This document shows positions 27,449-37,037 of a stretch of 64,000 bases of DNA, piece after piece. Position numbers and translations under genes: made by a program. Positions within the stretch are counted from its first letter, which is position 1; every line of letters begins with the position of its first letter. Origin of the DNA: an uncultured cyanobacterium (GTDB lineage Bacteria; Cyanobacteriota; Cyanobacteriia; Pseudanabaenales; Pseudanabaenaceae); NCBI GenBank assembly GCA_963703315.1, contig OY969811.1:1504001-1568000 (forward strand), given 5' to 3'. The notes beneath the pieces are model-generated. The model saw only the letters and a program-made list of their open reading frames with translations, was not told where the DNA came from and searched no databases.

Positions 27449-29983
27449 TTAAGCGTTAACATTAAGCGTAGCTTTAGCAGGATCATAGGGCTGTAGCTCT
27501 ACCTTGACAGGCTTAACGTGCCAGATCTCATCACAGTATTCCTTAATCGTGCGATCGGAAGAGAACTTGCCAGAACGCGCCACATTGAGAATACTCTTAG
27601 TTGTCCAAGTGTCAACATTTTTGTATGCTTCACTAACTTGAGTCTGAGCATCTGAGTATGCTTGGTAATCAGCCAATAGCAAATATTCATCATGATGCAG
27701 TAGCGAATCCACTAGAGGCTTAAACAAGTCCTTATCTCCAGGGGAGAAATATCCTAAAGCAAGGCGATCGAGAACATTGCGAAGTTCTTCATTCTTCTCG
27801 TAATAGGAGTAAGGATTGTAGCCGTCAGACTTGAGCTTCTCAACTTCGGCAGCAGTCAAGCCAAAGAGAAAGAAATTATCTTCACCAACTTCTTCACGAA
27901 TTTCGATATTAGCTCCATCGAGAGTACCAATAGTCAAGGCTCCATTCATCGTGAATTTCATGTTGCCAGTACCAGAAGCTTCCTTACCTGCGGTGGAGAT
28001 TTGCTCCGACAGGTCAGCCGCAGGATAAATCAATTGACCAAGAGAAGCACTAAAGTTAGCCAAAAAGACGACTTTAATCCGACCCTGTACGTCGGGATCA
28101 CGATTGACCACATCGGCAACAGCATTAATCGCCTTGATAATTAACTTCGCAGTGAAATACCCAGGGGCAGCCTTACCGCCAAAGATAAAGGTACGGGGAA
28201 CAATGTCAATGTTGGGATTTTGCTTAATGCGAAGGTAAAGCGCGATGATATGCAATAGATCAAGATGTTGACGCTTGTACTCATGGATACGCTTGACTTG
28301 AATATCAAAAATTGAGTTGACATCCACATCCACGCCATTGTGAGTACGGATGTAATCGGCAAGTCTTTGCTTGTTGGCGGTTTTAATCTGCCTCCAGCGA
28401 TCGCGAAAATCTTTGTCATCAATAAAGGCTTCTAGCTTCCGTAGTTCATCTAGATGCTTGAGCCAAGTGTCACCAATTTTTTCGGTGATTAAGCCAGACA
28501 AAGCAGGATTAGCCAGCAATACCCAACGGCGAGGTGTAACTCCATTAGTTTTGTTATTAAACTTCTCTGGAGAAAGCTTGTAGAAATCACTCAATACATC
28601 CTGCTTGAGCAGTTCGCTATGGAGTGCAGCAACGCCATTTACAGCGTGACTACCGATGGTTGCGAGGTTTGCCATGCGGACTTTGCGCTCACCACTTTCT
28701 TCAATAATCGATAGACGTGATAGCAAATCTTCATCATCAGGATACCAAGTCTGTACGTCTTGTAAAAAGCGATGATTGATTTCGTAAATGATTTCCAAAT
28801 GCCTTGGCAATAGGAGTTCAAATAGAGGCACACCCCATTTTTCTAGTGCTTCAGGCAGGAGAGTGTGGTTGGTATAGGCAAAGGTGCTTTGGGTAATGCG
28901 CCATGCTTCATCCCAGAACATATGATGATCATCTACCAACAAACGCATCATTTCGGCAATGCTGATGGCAGGGTGAGTGTCATTTAGCTGAACAGCGGCA
29001 TGATCAGCAAGGTTGTCTAAACGACCATACTTTTTGAGATGGCGACGAATGATGTCTTGCAGTGAGCAAGATACAAAGAAGAACTGCTGCTCTAGGCGCA
29101 ATTGACGACCTTGAGGGGTGTTGTCGTTGGGATAGAGAACCTTAGAAATGGTTTCCGATTTGATCTTAGTTGCTACCGCGCCGTCATAGTCACCAGAGTT
29201 GAAGGCTTGGAAGTTAAAGTCTTCGCCTGCTTCTGCTTTCCAGAGACGGAGGGTGTTAACAGTATTAGTCTGATATCCAGGGACTGGAGTATCGTGGGGA
29301 ATACCTTCAACGGTAAAGCTGGGAATCCAACGGGTATGGGGACGACCGCGATCATCGTTATAAATTTCTGTATGTCCACCAAATTTGACTTGGACAGTGG
29401 ACTCATAGCGCACCACTTCCCAAGGATTGCCACAACGTAGCCATTTGTCGGGGATCTCCACCTGCCAACCATGTTGAATCGACTGGTTGAAAATTCCAAA
29501 TTCGTAGCGAATACCGTAGCCCATCGCAGGAATTTCTAGAGTTGCAAGGGAATCAAGGAAACAAGCCGCTAAACGTCCTAAGCCGCCGTTACCTAAGCCG
29601 GGATCGGGTTCTTGCTCGAGGATTTCGGTGAGATCTAGTCCTGACTCTTTGACAGCTTGCGCGATCGCTTCGTACAAGTCCAAATTAATTAAGCTATTAC
29701 CTAAATGTCGCCCCATCAAAAATTCGGCGGAAAGGTAGTAAACGGTTTTGATATCTTCTTCGTGGTAGACCTTGAGTGTTTGTAGCCAACGTTGCAATAG
29801 GCGATCGCGTGTGGTGTACGACAGCGCCATGTAATAGTCGGTAAAGTTTGCAAGGATCGCAAGTTTGCCTTGTATGTAGAACAGGTTGTCAGCGAAAGCT
29901 CTCTTGAGAGTTTCGATACTTAAACCTGTGCGATCGTCTTCTACCGTAATATTGCTGGTTTGATTAGCAACATTTGTTTGCAT
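27449..29983 (-). CDS. glgP: Glycogen phosphorylase
   Basis: GLGNGGLGRLAACF, KRIHEYKRQ and the PLP-lysine motif EASGTGNMK. Confidence 0.97.
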   Translation of the reverse strand: MQTNVANQTSNITVEDDRTGLSIETLKRAFADNLFYIQGKLAILANFTDYYMALSYTTRDRLLQRWLQTLKVYHEEDIKTVYYLSAEFLMGRHLGNSLINLDLYEAIAQAVKESGLDLTEILEQEPDPGLGNGGLGRLAACFLDSLATLEIPAMGYGIRYEFGIFNQSIQHGWQVEIPDKWLRCGNPWEVVRYESTVQVKFGGHTEIYNDDRGRPHTRWIPSFTVEGIPHDTPVPGYQTNTVNTLRLWKAEAGEDFNFQAFNSGDYDGAVATKIKSETISKVLYPNDNTPQGRQLRLEQQFFFVSCSLQDIIRRHLKKYGRLDNLADHAAVQLNDTHPAISIAEMMRLLVDDHHMFWDEAWRITQSTFAYTNHTLLPEALEKWGVPLFELLLPRHLEIIYEINHRFLQDVQTWYPDDEDLLSRLSIIEESGERKVRMANLATIGSHAVNGVAALHSELLKQDVLSDFYKLSPEKFNNKTNGVTPRRWVLLANPALSGLITEKIGDTWLKHLDELRKLEAFIDDKDFRDRWRQIKTANKQRLADYIRTHNGVDVDVNSIFDIQVKRIHEYKRQHLDLLHIIALYLRIKQNPNIDIVPRTFIFGGKAAPGYFTAKLIIKAINAVADVVNRDPDVQGRIKVVFLANFSASLGQLIYPAADLSEQISTAGKEASGTGNMKFTMNGALTIGTLDGANIEIREEVGEDNFFLFGLTAAEVEKLKSDGYNPYSYYEKNEELRNVLDRLALGYFSPGDKDLFKPLVDSLLHHDEYLLLADYQAYSDAQTQVSEAYKNVDTWTTKSILNVARSGKFSSDRTIKEYCDEIWHVKPVKVELQPYDPAKATLNVNA

Positions 29984-30241
29984 AGAATTATTCCTGAATA
30001 GTTACTTGGTCTTAATGCCGTTCTGCTGACCCTAAGGCTGAGGGTAATGCCCCTGTCCTATCCAAGCATAAACTTTGAGATGTTGGGTATTTATTAACTG
30101 ATAATTTATGTTTGCACAGGGAAATATTTATGGTTCCCTGACATTAGCTGTGATTTTCATGAAAAATTTGATACAATAAAGACTTTTTCATGAAAATTAC
30201 GATCGCACCTAAGTTTTTGTTGAGCCATAGTCCAAACTCAC

Positions 30242-30284
30242 CCCCGTTAAAGTTGCGCCCCTGCGGGGCGTAACTTTAACGGGG
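30242..30284. repeat. Dispersed hairpin, AAAGTTGCGCCCC-NNN-GGGGCGCAACTTT family
   Basis: Same core as 45964..46018. Confidence 0.75.
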
Positions 30285-30311
30285 TGGATAATTTATTTTG
30301 TGCAACTACGC

Positions 30312-30423
30312 TGATATAGCAAAGCAATAGTTAACTAAAATCCAAGAAGAGAGTTGCGGCGCTCCGCGCCGCAACTCTCTTCTTGGATTTTGTGTCCTAA
30401 GCAAAACTTTTTTTGCTATATCA
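30312..30423. mobile_element. MITE-like TATAGC...GCTATA element with an internal hairpin
   Basis: TGATATAGCAAA...AAAATCCAAGAAGAGAGTTGCGGCGC-TCC-GCGCCGCAACTCTCTTCTTGGATTTT...TTTGCTATATCA. Confidence 0.7.
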
Positions 30424-30552
30424 CGAGCGAAATGTGGTTTTAAGTAGGGTAAACAACTTTTCGCTAGATTTTGACTATTTTTAGTCATAAATGATGGATG
30501 ACAAAACTCTTTGAATAACGTACATTATTCAAAGAGTTTTTTGGTTTTCACT

Positions 30553-31134
30553 ATGACTCATCTTTCTGATGCTTCCGATCCCATCTTGTTGTTGTCAGCA
30601 TCTAAGGCTCGTTCGTTTGGTATTGCTACTCACAGCGAAGGCGATCGCCAAAATTATTCCGAGTTTTTTACAGTTTGGTTAATGCTCTGCTCAAGACTTG
30701 ATGCCTTGAGCCACGATTGGAAGGTGAGTTTTTCCGATCCTGTGGCGGTGTCGGACTACATCACGATGCGTTGTTCACTGACGATTGATCGGGTTACCCG
30801 TGAGGCGACAGGCAGTGATAAAGGCTGTTTGATTCAGGTGGGTGAGGCAACAATAGGAGTCCATGCTCCCGAAAGAGCCATGCTTAACTCGTTTTGTAAT
30901 GCTGCTGCTCAATTTGGTGTGCTTTTGCCCTTTGCAAGGCTACGCACCAAGAAACCTCCAGACAACCGCGAAGATTTGATGGAAGTGGTCAAGATCCTGC
31001 GTCAGATGCAGCGCAAGCACAAAAGCTTTACGGTATTTGGTTGGAATTTACAGCCCTTTATAAATAATTCTGCCAATACTTCAGTAAATGTCTCTGCTAA
31101 GGCTCAACGCGATCGCCACCTAAAGCAAACATAA
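30553..31134 (+). CDS. Putative Rad52/Rad22-fold (DdrA/Sak-like) single-strand annealing protein
   Basis: RLD....W.......RCSLTIDRVTREATG...ERAMLNSFCNAAAQFGV resembles the Rad52_Rad22 core; ATG at 30553. Confidence 0.55.
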   Translation: MTHLSDASDPILLLSASKARSFGIATHSEGDRQNYSEFFTVWLMLCSRLDALSHDWKVSFSDPVAVSDYITMRCSLTIDRVTREATGSDKGCLIQVGEATIGVHAPERAMLNSFCNAAAQFGVLLPFARLRTKKPPDNREDLMEVVKILRQMQRKHKSFTVFGWNLQPFINNSANTSVNVSAKAQRDRHLKQT

Positions 31135-31264
31135 AGATGAGGCTTAGCTACGCTTCATACTATTGAAATCATTGCAAATTGCTATACAAAAGTAGAGAGC
31201 GGGACAGAGTGTCGCTCTCTACTTTTGCTATACAATTGCCATAGCAACAATATAAGAATTAAGT

Positions 31265-32812
31265 ATGGATACAGCAAGTCTCAATGCTCTACTCAATAGC
31301 GGCGCGATTTTGCCAGAACTAATTGTCATTGGGACATTGGTACTTGTATTGATCGTCGATCTGATTGCATCGGGACGCAAGTCTGCCAATGTCCTCCCCT
31401 ATATCGCGATCGCTGGTTTAGCCGTCTCCACTGCCGCCCTTGTATGGCAATGGACAGGCTTAGAAAATCCGATCGCTTTTTTAGGCAGTTTTAATAGTGA
31501 CAAACTCAGCATTATTTTTCGTGGCATTATTGCCCTATCGGCTCTATTTACAATTCTCGTTTCGGTACGTTATTTAGAGCAGTCGGGCGTAGTGGTTGGC
31601 GAATATCTCGTAATTTTGCTCAGTGCTACTCTCGGCGGGATGTTCCTCACTGGCTCCGATGAAATGGTGATGGTATTTGTCTCCCTTGAAACTCTGAGTA
31701 TTTCGTCATACTTGCTATCAGGTTATACCAAACGCGATCCACGCTCCAATGAAGCGGCGCTCAAATATTTATTAGTCGGTGCAGCAAGCTCGGCGATTTT
31801 CCTTTACGGGATGTCCTTGCTCTACGGACTCTCTGGTGGCGAAACTTCACTAGCGGCGATCGCCTCAAAGATTACCGTTAGCAACACAGCCCTAATTATC
31901 TCGATGGTATTTGTGATTGCAGGGGTTTCCTTCAAGCTCTCGGCAGTACCTTTTCACCAATGGACTCCTGACGTATACGAAGGATCACCAACACCTGTAG
32001 TTGCCTTTTTGTCGATTGGCTCTAAGGTGGCAGGTTTTGGTCTAGCGCTCAGATTTTTGATTACCGCGTTTCCTCTGGCTTCTCTACAATGGCATTACGT
32101 GTTTGTCGTATTGACCGTTTTGAGTATGGTCTTGGGCAATGTGGTGGCGATCGCGCAAACCAGCATGAAGCGGATGTTGGCTTACTCCTCCATCGGTCAA
32201 GCGGGTTTTGTAATGCTCGGTATGGCGATCGACTCCGAAGCGGGTTACGCCAGCATGGTGTTCTACCTGATCCTGTATCTGTTCATGAACATGGGCGCAT
32301 TCGCCTGCATGATCCTGTTTGCATCCCGCACAGGAACCGACCAAATCAGTGAATACAGTGGTCTGTACCAAAAAGATCCTTTGCTGACCCTTGCCTTGAG
32401 CGTATGCCTCCTCTCGCTCGGTGGTATTCCCCCTCTCGCTGGCTTCTTTGGTAAGCTCTACATTTTCTGGGCAGGTTGGCAAGCTCAAGCTTACGGCTTG
32501 GTCTTACTAGCTCTAGTCATGAGTGTGGTTTCTCTCTATTACTACATCCGCGTCGTCAAGATGATGGTAGTTAAGGAACCTCAAGAAATGTCTGCTTCGG
32601 TGAAGAATTATCCAGCGATCGCATGGACTCAAGTAGGTATGAAGCCTCTCCAAGCAGCGATCGTCTTTACGCTGATCTTCACAGCGATCGCAGGTATTGC
32701 TTCTAACCCTCTGTTCTCCCTCTCCAATCAAGCTGTAAAAGAAACTAAGTTTCTCCAAGCTAAAGCACCGAATGCAAAATCAGTAGCAGTCTTACCCACA
32801 ACTGCACAATAA
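31265..32812 (+). CDS. ndhB: NAD(P)H-quinone oxidoreductase (NDH-1) subunit 2
   Basis: [43 protein letters not shown] and [13 protein letters not shown] motifs. Confidence 0.97.
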   Translation: MDTASLNALLNSGAILPELIVIGTLVLVLIVDLIASGRKSANVLPYIAIAGLAVSTAALVWQWTGLENPIAFLGSFNSDKLSIIFRGIIALSALFTILVSVRYLEQSGVVVGEYLVILLSATLGGMFLTGSDEMVMVFVSLETLSISSYLLSGYTKRDPRSNEAALKYLLVGAASSAIFLYGMSLLYGLSGGETSLAAIASKITVSNTALIISMVFVIAGVSFKLSAVPFHQWTPDVYEGSPTPVVAFLSIGSKVAGFGLALRFLITAFPLASLQWHYVFVVLTVLSMVLGNVVAIAQTSMKRMLAYSSIGQAGFVMLGMAIDSEAGYASMVFYLILYLFMNMGAFACMILFASRTGTDQISEYSGLYQKDPLLTLALSVCLLSLGGIPPLAGFFGKLYIFWAGWQAQAYGLVLLALVMSVVSLYYYIRVVKMMVVKEPQEMSASVKNYPAIAWTQVGMKPLQAAIVFTLIFTAIAGIASNPLFSLSNQAVKETKFLQAKAPNAKSVAVLPTTAQ

Positions 32813-32826
32813 AAACTAAATCATAA

Positions 32827-32862
32827 AATAAAAAAGGGGTGCAATGCGCCCCTTTTTTTATT
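32827..32862 (+). terminator. Intrinsic terminator after ndhB
   Basis: AATAAAAAAGGGGTGC-AAT-GCGCCCCTTTTTTTATT. Confidence 0.75.
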
Positions 32863-32905
32863 AAAATATCTTTTGTCATTAATTTTAGTAAGAAAGATTT
32901 ATTTT

Positions 32906-33634
32906 ATGAGGGGAGAAGTTCAGTTCAGATCTGATAAATTAGCAGTATTGATTGATGCTGATAATACCAGTGCATCTGTTGTTGAGGTTTTACTAAAAGA
33001 AATAACTAAATTTGGAACTGCATACATTAAAAGAGTTTATGGTGATTGGACTAGTCCTCAAATGAATGCTTGGAAAAAAGTACTCAATGATTTCGCAATT
33101 GTTCCAGTACAACAGTTTGGTTATACAACAGGGAAAAACTCAACTGATAGCGCTCTAATTATTGATGCAATGGATTTGCTTTATACCGATAAACTAGACG
33201 GATTTTGCATAATTTCGAGTGATAGTGATTTTACAAGATTGGCTCATAGAATTAGGCAAGATGGTGTAGTTGTATATGGATTTGGCAAGAAGCAAACTCC
33301 TAAAGCTTTTGTAGCAGCTTGCGATCAATTTGTATATACCGAGTTGCTGGATGTACATATAGAAACTTCTTCCGATATTATCCAAGATAAATTGGTAAAG
33401 ATTGAATCGTCTGAAAAAAACGAAAAAAAAGATAGGCTAAATGAGTTGTTAAAGGAAGCTTTTGAATATGTCGCACGTGATGATGGGTTTGCTAATTTAG
33501 GAACTGTTGGTCAACAGTTATTAAAGCTTGATCCAGCTTTTGACGTTAGGGAATATGGCTATAAAAAACTAGGAGAATTACTTAAAGCAACAGAAATTTT
33601 TGAAGTCAAAGGCAATGATACGAAACTAAAATAA
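32906..33634 (+). CDS. NYN-domain (LabA/DUF88, PIN-like) protein with a C-terminal OST-HTH/LOTUS domain
   Basis: LIDADN, KRVYGDW, GKNSTDSALIIDAMD, SSDSDFTRL and FDVREYGYKKL motifs; ATG at 32906. Confidence 0.9.
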   Translation: MRGEVQFRSDKLAVLIDADNTSASVVEVLLKEITKFGTAYIKRVYGDWTSPQMNAWKKVLNDFAIVPVQQFGYTTGKNSTDSALIIDAMDLLYTDKLDGFCIISSDSDFTRLAHRIRQDGVVVYGFGKKQTPKAFVAACDQFVYTELLDVHIETSSDIIQDKLVKIESSEKNEKKDRLNELLKEAFEYVARDDGFANLGTVGQQLLKLDPAFDVREYGYKKLGELLKATEIFEVKGNDTKLK

Positions 33635-33727
33635 AGTTGATATTTGAAATAAGCTTCTAGCTTGAAAATAAGAGAATCTATGCTGTAGTTACCTGTCAAT
33701 TAATTAACGCAATTCACAATTTGTTAA

Positions 33728-34207
<480 letters not shown>

Positions 34208-34208
<1 letters not shown>

Positions 34209-34346
34209 AGGTCTTCTAAAACTATTGTCAAGAATGGTTTAAGAAAGAACTGTTAGAAGGGATCGTTAGGGTGCGATCGCATAGAAAACAGGTAAAAAAG
34301 AACTTTTACTCATTTCATGAAAATATATTTTTGACTTATCGATCGC
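34208..34346 (+). pseudogene. Decayed remnant A of a DUF433 3' end plus the start of a PIN (DUF5615-like) gene
   Basis: Reads QEWFKKELLEGIVRVRSH..., then ATG AAA ATA TAT TTT TGA; homologous to 35201..35272, 36131..36214 and 36919..36980. Confidence 0.65.
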
Positions 34347-34409
34347 ATTAGGCGTTATCACAGTTTAATTGCCAAAAGCTATAATCAGTAATAGTTTGCG
34401 AAACAAGTT

Positions 34410-34751
34410 ATGCTTCTGCCTACAAATACAGCGATCGCTGAAGAAAAATTGACAAAATATCTCTTGGTGCTTTTGCCCAAAGATGACAAATCACAATTTC
34501 TTCAGAAAGCTGGTTACACATTAGAAAATTGGCAGCAGTTAGAAATTGACCTAAGAGCGCAAATTTTGACACAACCTGCCAAGTTTGTAGAAACAACGAT
34601 CTATGGAAGTAAGTATAGAATTGACGCAACCCTAAAAGGAGTTAATGGAGTAGAGCTTGAAATTACTACTATCTGGATGCTGACAAATCAACAAGCAAAG
34701 TTTGTTACCTTAGTTCCTAAATGTTCAAGCGATCGCGAAGTAAATACATGA
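34410..34751 (+). CDS. DUF6883-like protein (putative toxin)
   Basis: IAEEKLTKYLL...DKSQFL..AGY...W..L..DL...TIW...KFVTLVP; ATGA-coupled to the next gene. Confidence 0.7.
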   Translation: MLLPTNTAIAEEKLTKYLLVLLPKDDKSQFLQKAGYTLENWQQLEIDLRAQILTQPAKFVETTIYGSKYRIDATLKGVNGVELEITTIWMLTNQQAKFVTLVPKCSSDREVNT

Positions 34752-35077
34752 AACCTAAATTTCCTTTATTCTCTGAAGTTGTCTTGCTGCAAGATATACC
34801 CATGTATAACCTCAAACGTGGTTTAGTTGCTACGGTTGTAGAACATTATCCCATGACTGAATTGGCGCAAGATGGATATAGTCTTGAAGGGTTTGATATC
34901 CCAAATGTGACAGTCGAAGTTGCAGAATCACAAATTATCTCTGTTGAACAATGGCAAAAAGAGATGGAAATTCTAGAAAAACTGCATCGATTAAGCGTAG
35001 TAAAACTAGTTCATTTGGAGTCGTACATCGAGAAACTATTAAGCGAAGACAGTAGCGATCGGCTTAAAGCATCTTAA
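34748..35077 (+). CDS. DUF4926-like protein (putative antitoxin)
   Basis: FPLFSEVVLLQDIP..NLKRG.VATVVEHY......DGYSLE; start overlaps the upstream stop codon. Confidence 0.75.
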   Translation: MKPKFPLFSEVVLLQDIPMYNLKRGLVATVVEHYPMTELAQDGYSLEGFDIPNVTVEVAESQIISVEQWQKEMEILEKLHRLSVVKLVHLESYIEKLLSEDSSDRLKAS

Positions 35078-35079
35078 GC

Positions 35080-35262
35080 TGCTATAGTTCCGAAAAAATT
35101 TTAGAAAACCTGCCAAGCTTAAACCTAGAAAAAATCTATGCCACAATTACCTATTATTTGAGCGATCGAGCTCAAATTGATGAGTATATGTTCCGCCTAG
35201 AGCAGTCACAAGAACATCATTATCAAGAATGGTTAAAACAAGAACCGTCAGAAGCGATGTAA
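35080..35262 (+). pseudogene. DUF433-family protein, C-terminal half only (remnant B)
   Basis: YSSEKILENLPSLNLEKIYATITYYLSDRAQIDEYMFRLEQSQEHHYQEWLKQEPSEAM*; the 5' half and start codon are missing. Confidence 0.75.
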
Positions 35263-35273
35263 GGTGGCGATCT

Positions 35274-35936
35274 CTAACTGATTGGTCTCTCTGCTATCAA
35301 TTTTGTTACCGTTTGAAAACCATCCATCCACTCAGATGTTACTTTGTTTCGCCAAAAAATTATTTTAAGAATACTATCGTAGTCATCCCTTACACTACGC
35401 GAAAATATTGGCTCATGATGAGCGATTCTATTCCTTAATTCCCGTATTTCACGAATATCGTCATGAATACAAGACCTTATCTGTTTAACAGTCATTATAG
35501 TAGGGGCATTCGGGAACAAGGATTTTATGTGAGTATTCCAAACCCGTGAATCATGACGAGACGTAAACATTTTTTCCCAAAACACAAAATTCAGGTCAGC
35601 AACAACTTTTCCCATTGTGGTTTGTCTTCGCGCTACTTCAATAAGGTTTCTTCTAGGACTATAGCCAGATGGTTTGTCAGGCAAGCTAATTATGAAACCT
35701 TGATTCCACGGCCAAGTTGATGTATGAACATCTTCCAACGCTTCAACAACTGCATTACGGGTACTAACCTCCAAAATATGCAGTGGAATAATAAAAGCAG
35801 AAGATAACTGTAAATTCCATTGATAAAGCTTGAGAGCCTTTGTCCTGTCATTACCGCAATATCGAAGATAGGTGGCAAAACGTGGTTCTGAAATTATATG
35901 AGGAATATTTGACAGATGTTCATGGGAGAAAAGCAT
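35274..35936 (-). CDS. Abi-family (AbiF/Abi_2-like) HEPN protein
   Basis: SEPRFATYL, LYQWNLQLS, LEVSTRN, LNFVFW and the HEPN motif LRNRIAHHEPI. Confidence 0.85.
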   Translation of the reverse strand: MLFSHEHLSNIPHIISEPRFATYLRYCGNDRTKALKLYQWNLQLSSAFIIPLHILEVSTRNAVVEALEDVHTSTWPWNQGFIISLPDKPSGYSPRRNLIEVARRQTTMGKVVADLNFVFWEKMFTSRHDSRVWNTHIKSLFPNAPTIMTVKQIRSCIHDDIREIRELRNRIAHHEPIFSRSVRDDYDSILKIIFWRNKVTSEWMDGFQTVTKLIAERPIS

Positions 35937-36004
35937 TGCAACAATGACTCTTAAATTTCTTTAAAAAATACTGATTTCTGTAGAAATTTTATAGTATAAT
36001 AGTA

Positions 36005-36097
36005 CGACATAGATGCCTTGAGGTCGCGGGTTCAAACCTCCCCTCTTAGCGAAACGATTATCTCAAAAGCTCACTCTGAAAGGTGGGCTTTTGTTTT
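36005..36097 (+). ncRNA. Candidate small RNA divergent from the abi gene
   Basis: TATAAT at 35995..36000; GAGGT/ACCTC stem at 36020..36040; terminator AAAAGCTCACT-CTGAAA-GGTGGGCTTTTGTTTT whose two G-U wobbles pair only on the + strand; no ORF. Confidence 0.5.
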
Positions 36098-36130
36098 GGG
36101 CTATTTCAAATAGCCTCATTGCCTACAGTA

Positions 36131-36214
36131 AAGGTCATCACAAGAACAGCGCTATTAAGAATGCTTAAAAAAGAACTGTCAGACGCGATTATTAGGGTGC
36201 GATCACAGAAAAAC
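36131..36214 (+). pseudogene. Decayed remnant C of the DUF433 3' end
   Basis: Reads SQEQRY*ECLKKELSDAIIRVRSQK; aligns with remnants A and B. Confidence 0.65.
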
Positions 36215-36274
36215 TCATACAAATTTTTTAGGCAACTTGTAGAATAGCAATACTGATTAGCTGAAAATACTCTT

Positions 36275-36910
36275 ATGGCTGTCACCCTACCTATTTCTAA
36301 AACTATTTTAGCGATCGCGGATGTTGAAGAAAAATTTCAACTGTTGCCATGTACCGCACCGACATTTTTTAGAGAGTGGCAAGATAATTTACCAGAACTA
36401 ACAGAGATTGAAAAAGCTGCACTTGATCGCCTATTGGTAAGATTTGCAGCCCATAGAAGACGTGGCATTTTAGCCGAAGGTGCTGTTGATAAGCTCATGA
36501 TCTCGCCACTTTTAGATTTGGTAGGATTTTATGAGCCTGAATACGAGGTGCGTACCGAAGAATCAGTTGAATTTGCGATAGAAGGTGATGAAGAAATTTT
36601 GCGCGGTAGAATTGATACCTTAATTGTGCGAGATTGCTTCTGGATATTAGTGATTGAGGCAAAACGCACGATTATGGCTTCGTTAGCAATGCCACAAGCT
36701 TTGTCATATATGATGTGTAACCCACAACCTGATAGTCCATCCTTCGGAATGATCACAAATGGTGATGAATTTATTTTTCTGAAGGCGATCGCTCAGCCAA
36801 AGCCCCTCTACAGTGCTTCGAGATCGTATTCCATATTTTTCCCTACTGGTAGTCAAGATTTAGTCGAAGTGTTCCGCGTCTTAAAAAAGATTAAGAATCT
36901 TCAGAAGTAA
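36275..36910 (+). CDS. Restriction-endonuclease-like (HsdR N-terminal-type PD-(D/E)xK) protein
   Basis: LRGRIDTL...LVIEAKR...QALSYM...GMITNGDEF motifs. Confidence 0.8.
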   Translation: MAVTLPISKTILAIADVEEKFQLLPCTAPTFFREWQDNLPELTEIEKAALDRLLVRFAAHRRRGILAEGAVDKLMISPLLDLVGFYEPEYEVRTEESVEFAIEGDEEILRGRIDTLIVRDCFWILVIEAKRTIMASLAMPQALSYMMCNPQPDSPSFGMITNGDEFIFLKAIAQPKPLYSASRSYSIFFPTGSQDLVEVFRVLKKIKNLQK

Positions 36911-36918
36911 TCGCAAGC

Positions 36919-36980
36919 TCGCATAGCGAACAGGGAAAAAAGAACTTTTACTTATTTCATAAAAATACGCTTTTTACTTA
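36919..36980 (+). pseudogene. Decayed remnant D: DUF433 end / PIN gene start junction
   Basis: TCGCATAGCGAACAGGGAAAAAAGAACTTTTACTTATTTCATAAAAATACGCTTTTTACTT matches 34277..34338; (M)KIRFLL start with ATG changed to ATA. Confidence 0.6.
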
Positions 36981-36999
36981 ACAATTACATTTTGAGTTT

Positions 37000-37035
37000 T
37001 CCTCCAAGTAAGAGCAATTGCTCTTACTTGGAGGA
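37000..37035. terminator. Perfect palindrome between convergent genes
   Basis: TCCTCCAAGTAAGAGCAATTGCTCTTACTTGGAGGA. Confidence 0.6.
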
Positions 37036-37037
37036 CT

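Noticed and set aside
36005..36097. Complete tRNA gene
   Set aside because: Only a T-loop-like motif is present and no cloverleaf can be built; kept only as a candidate ncRNA.
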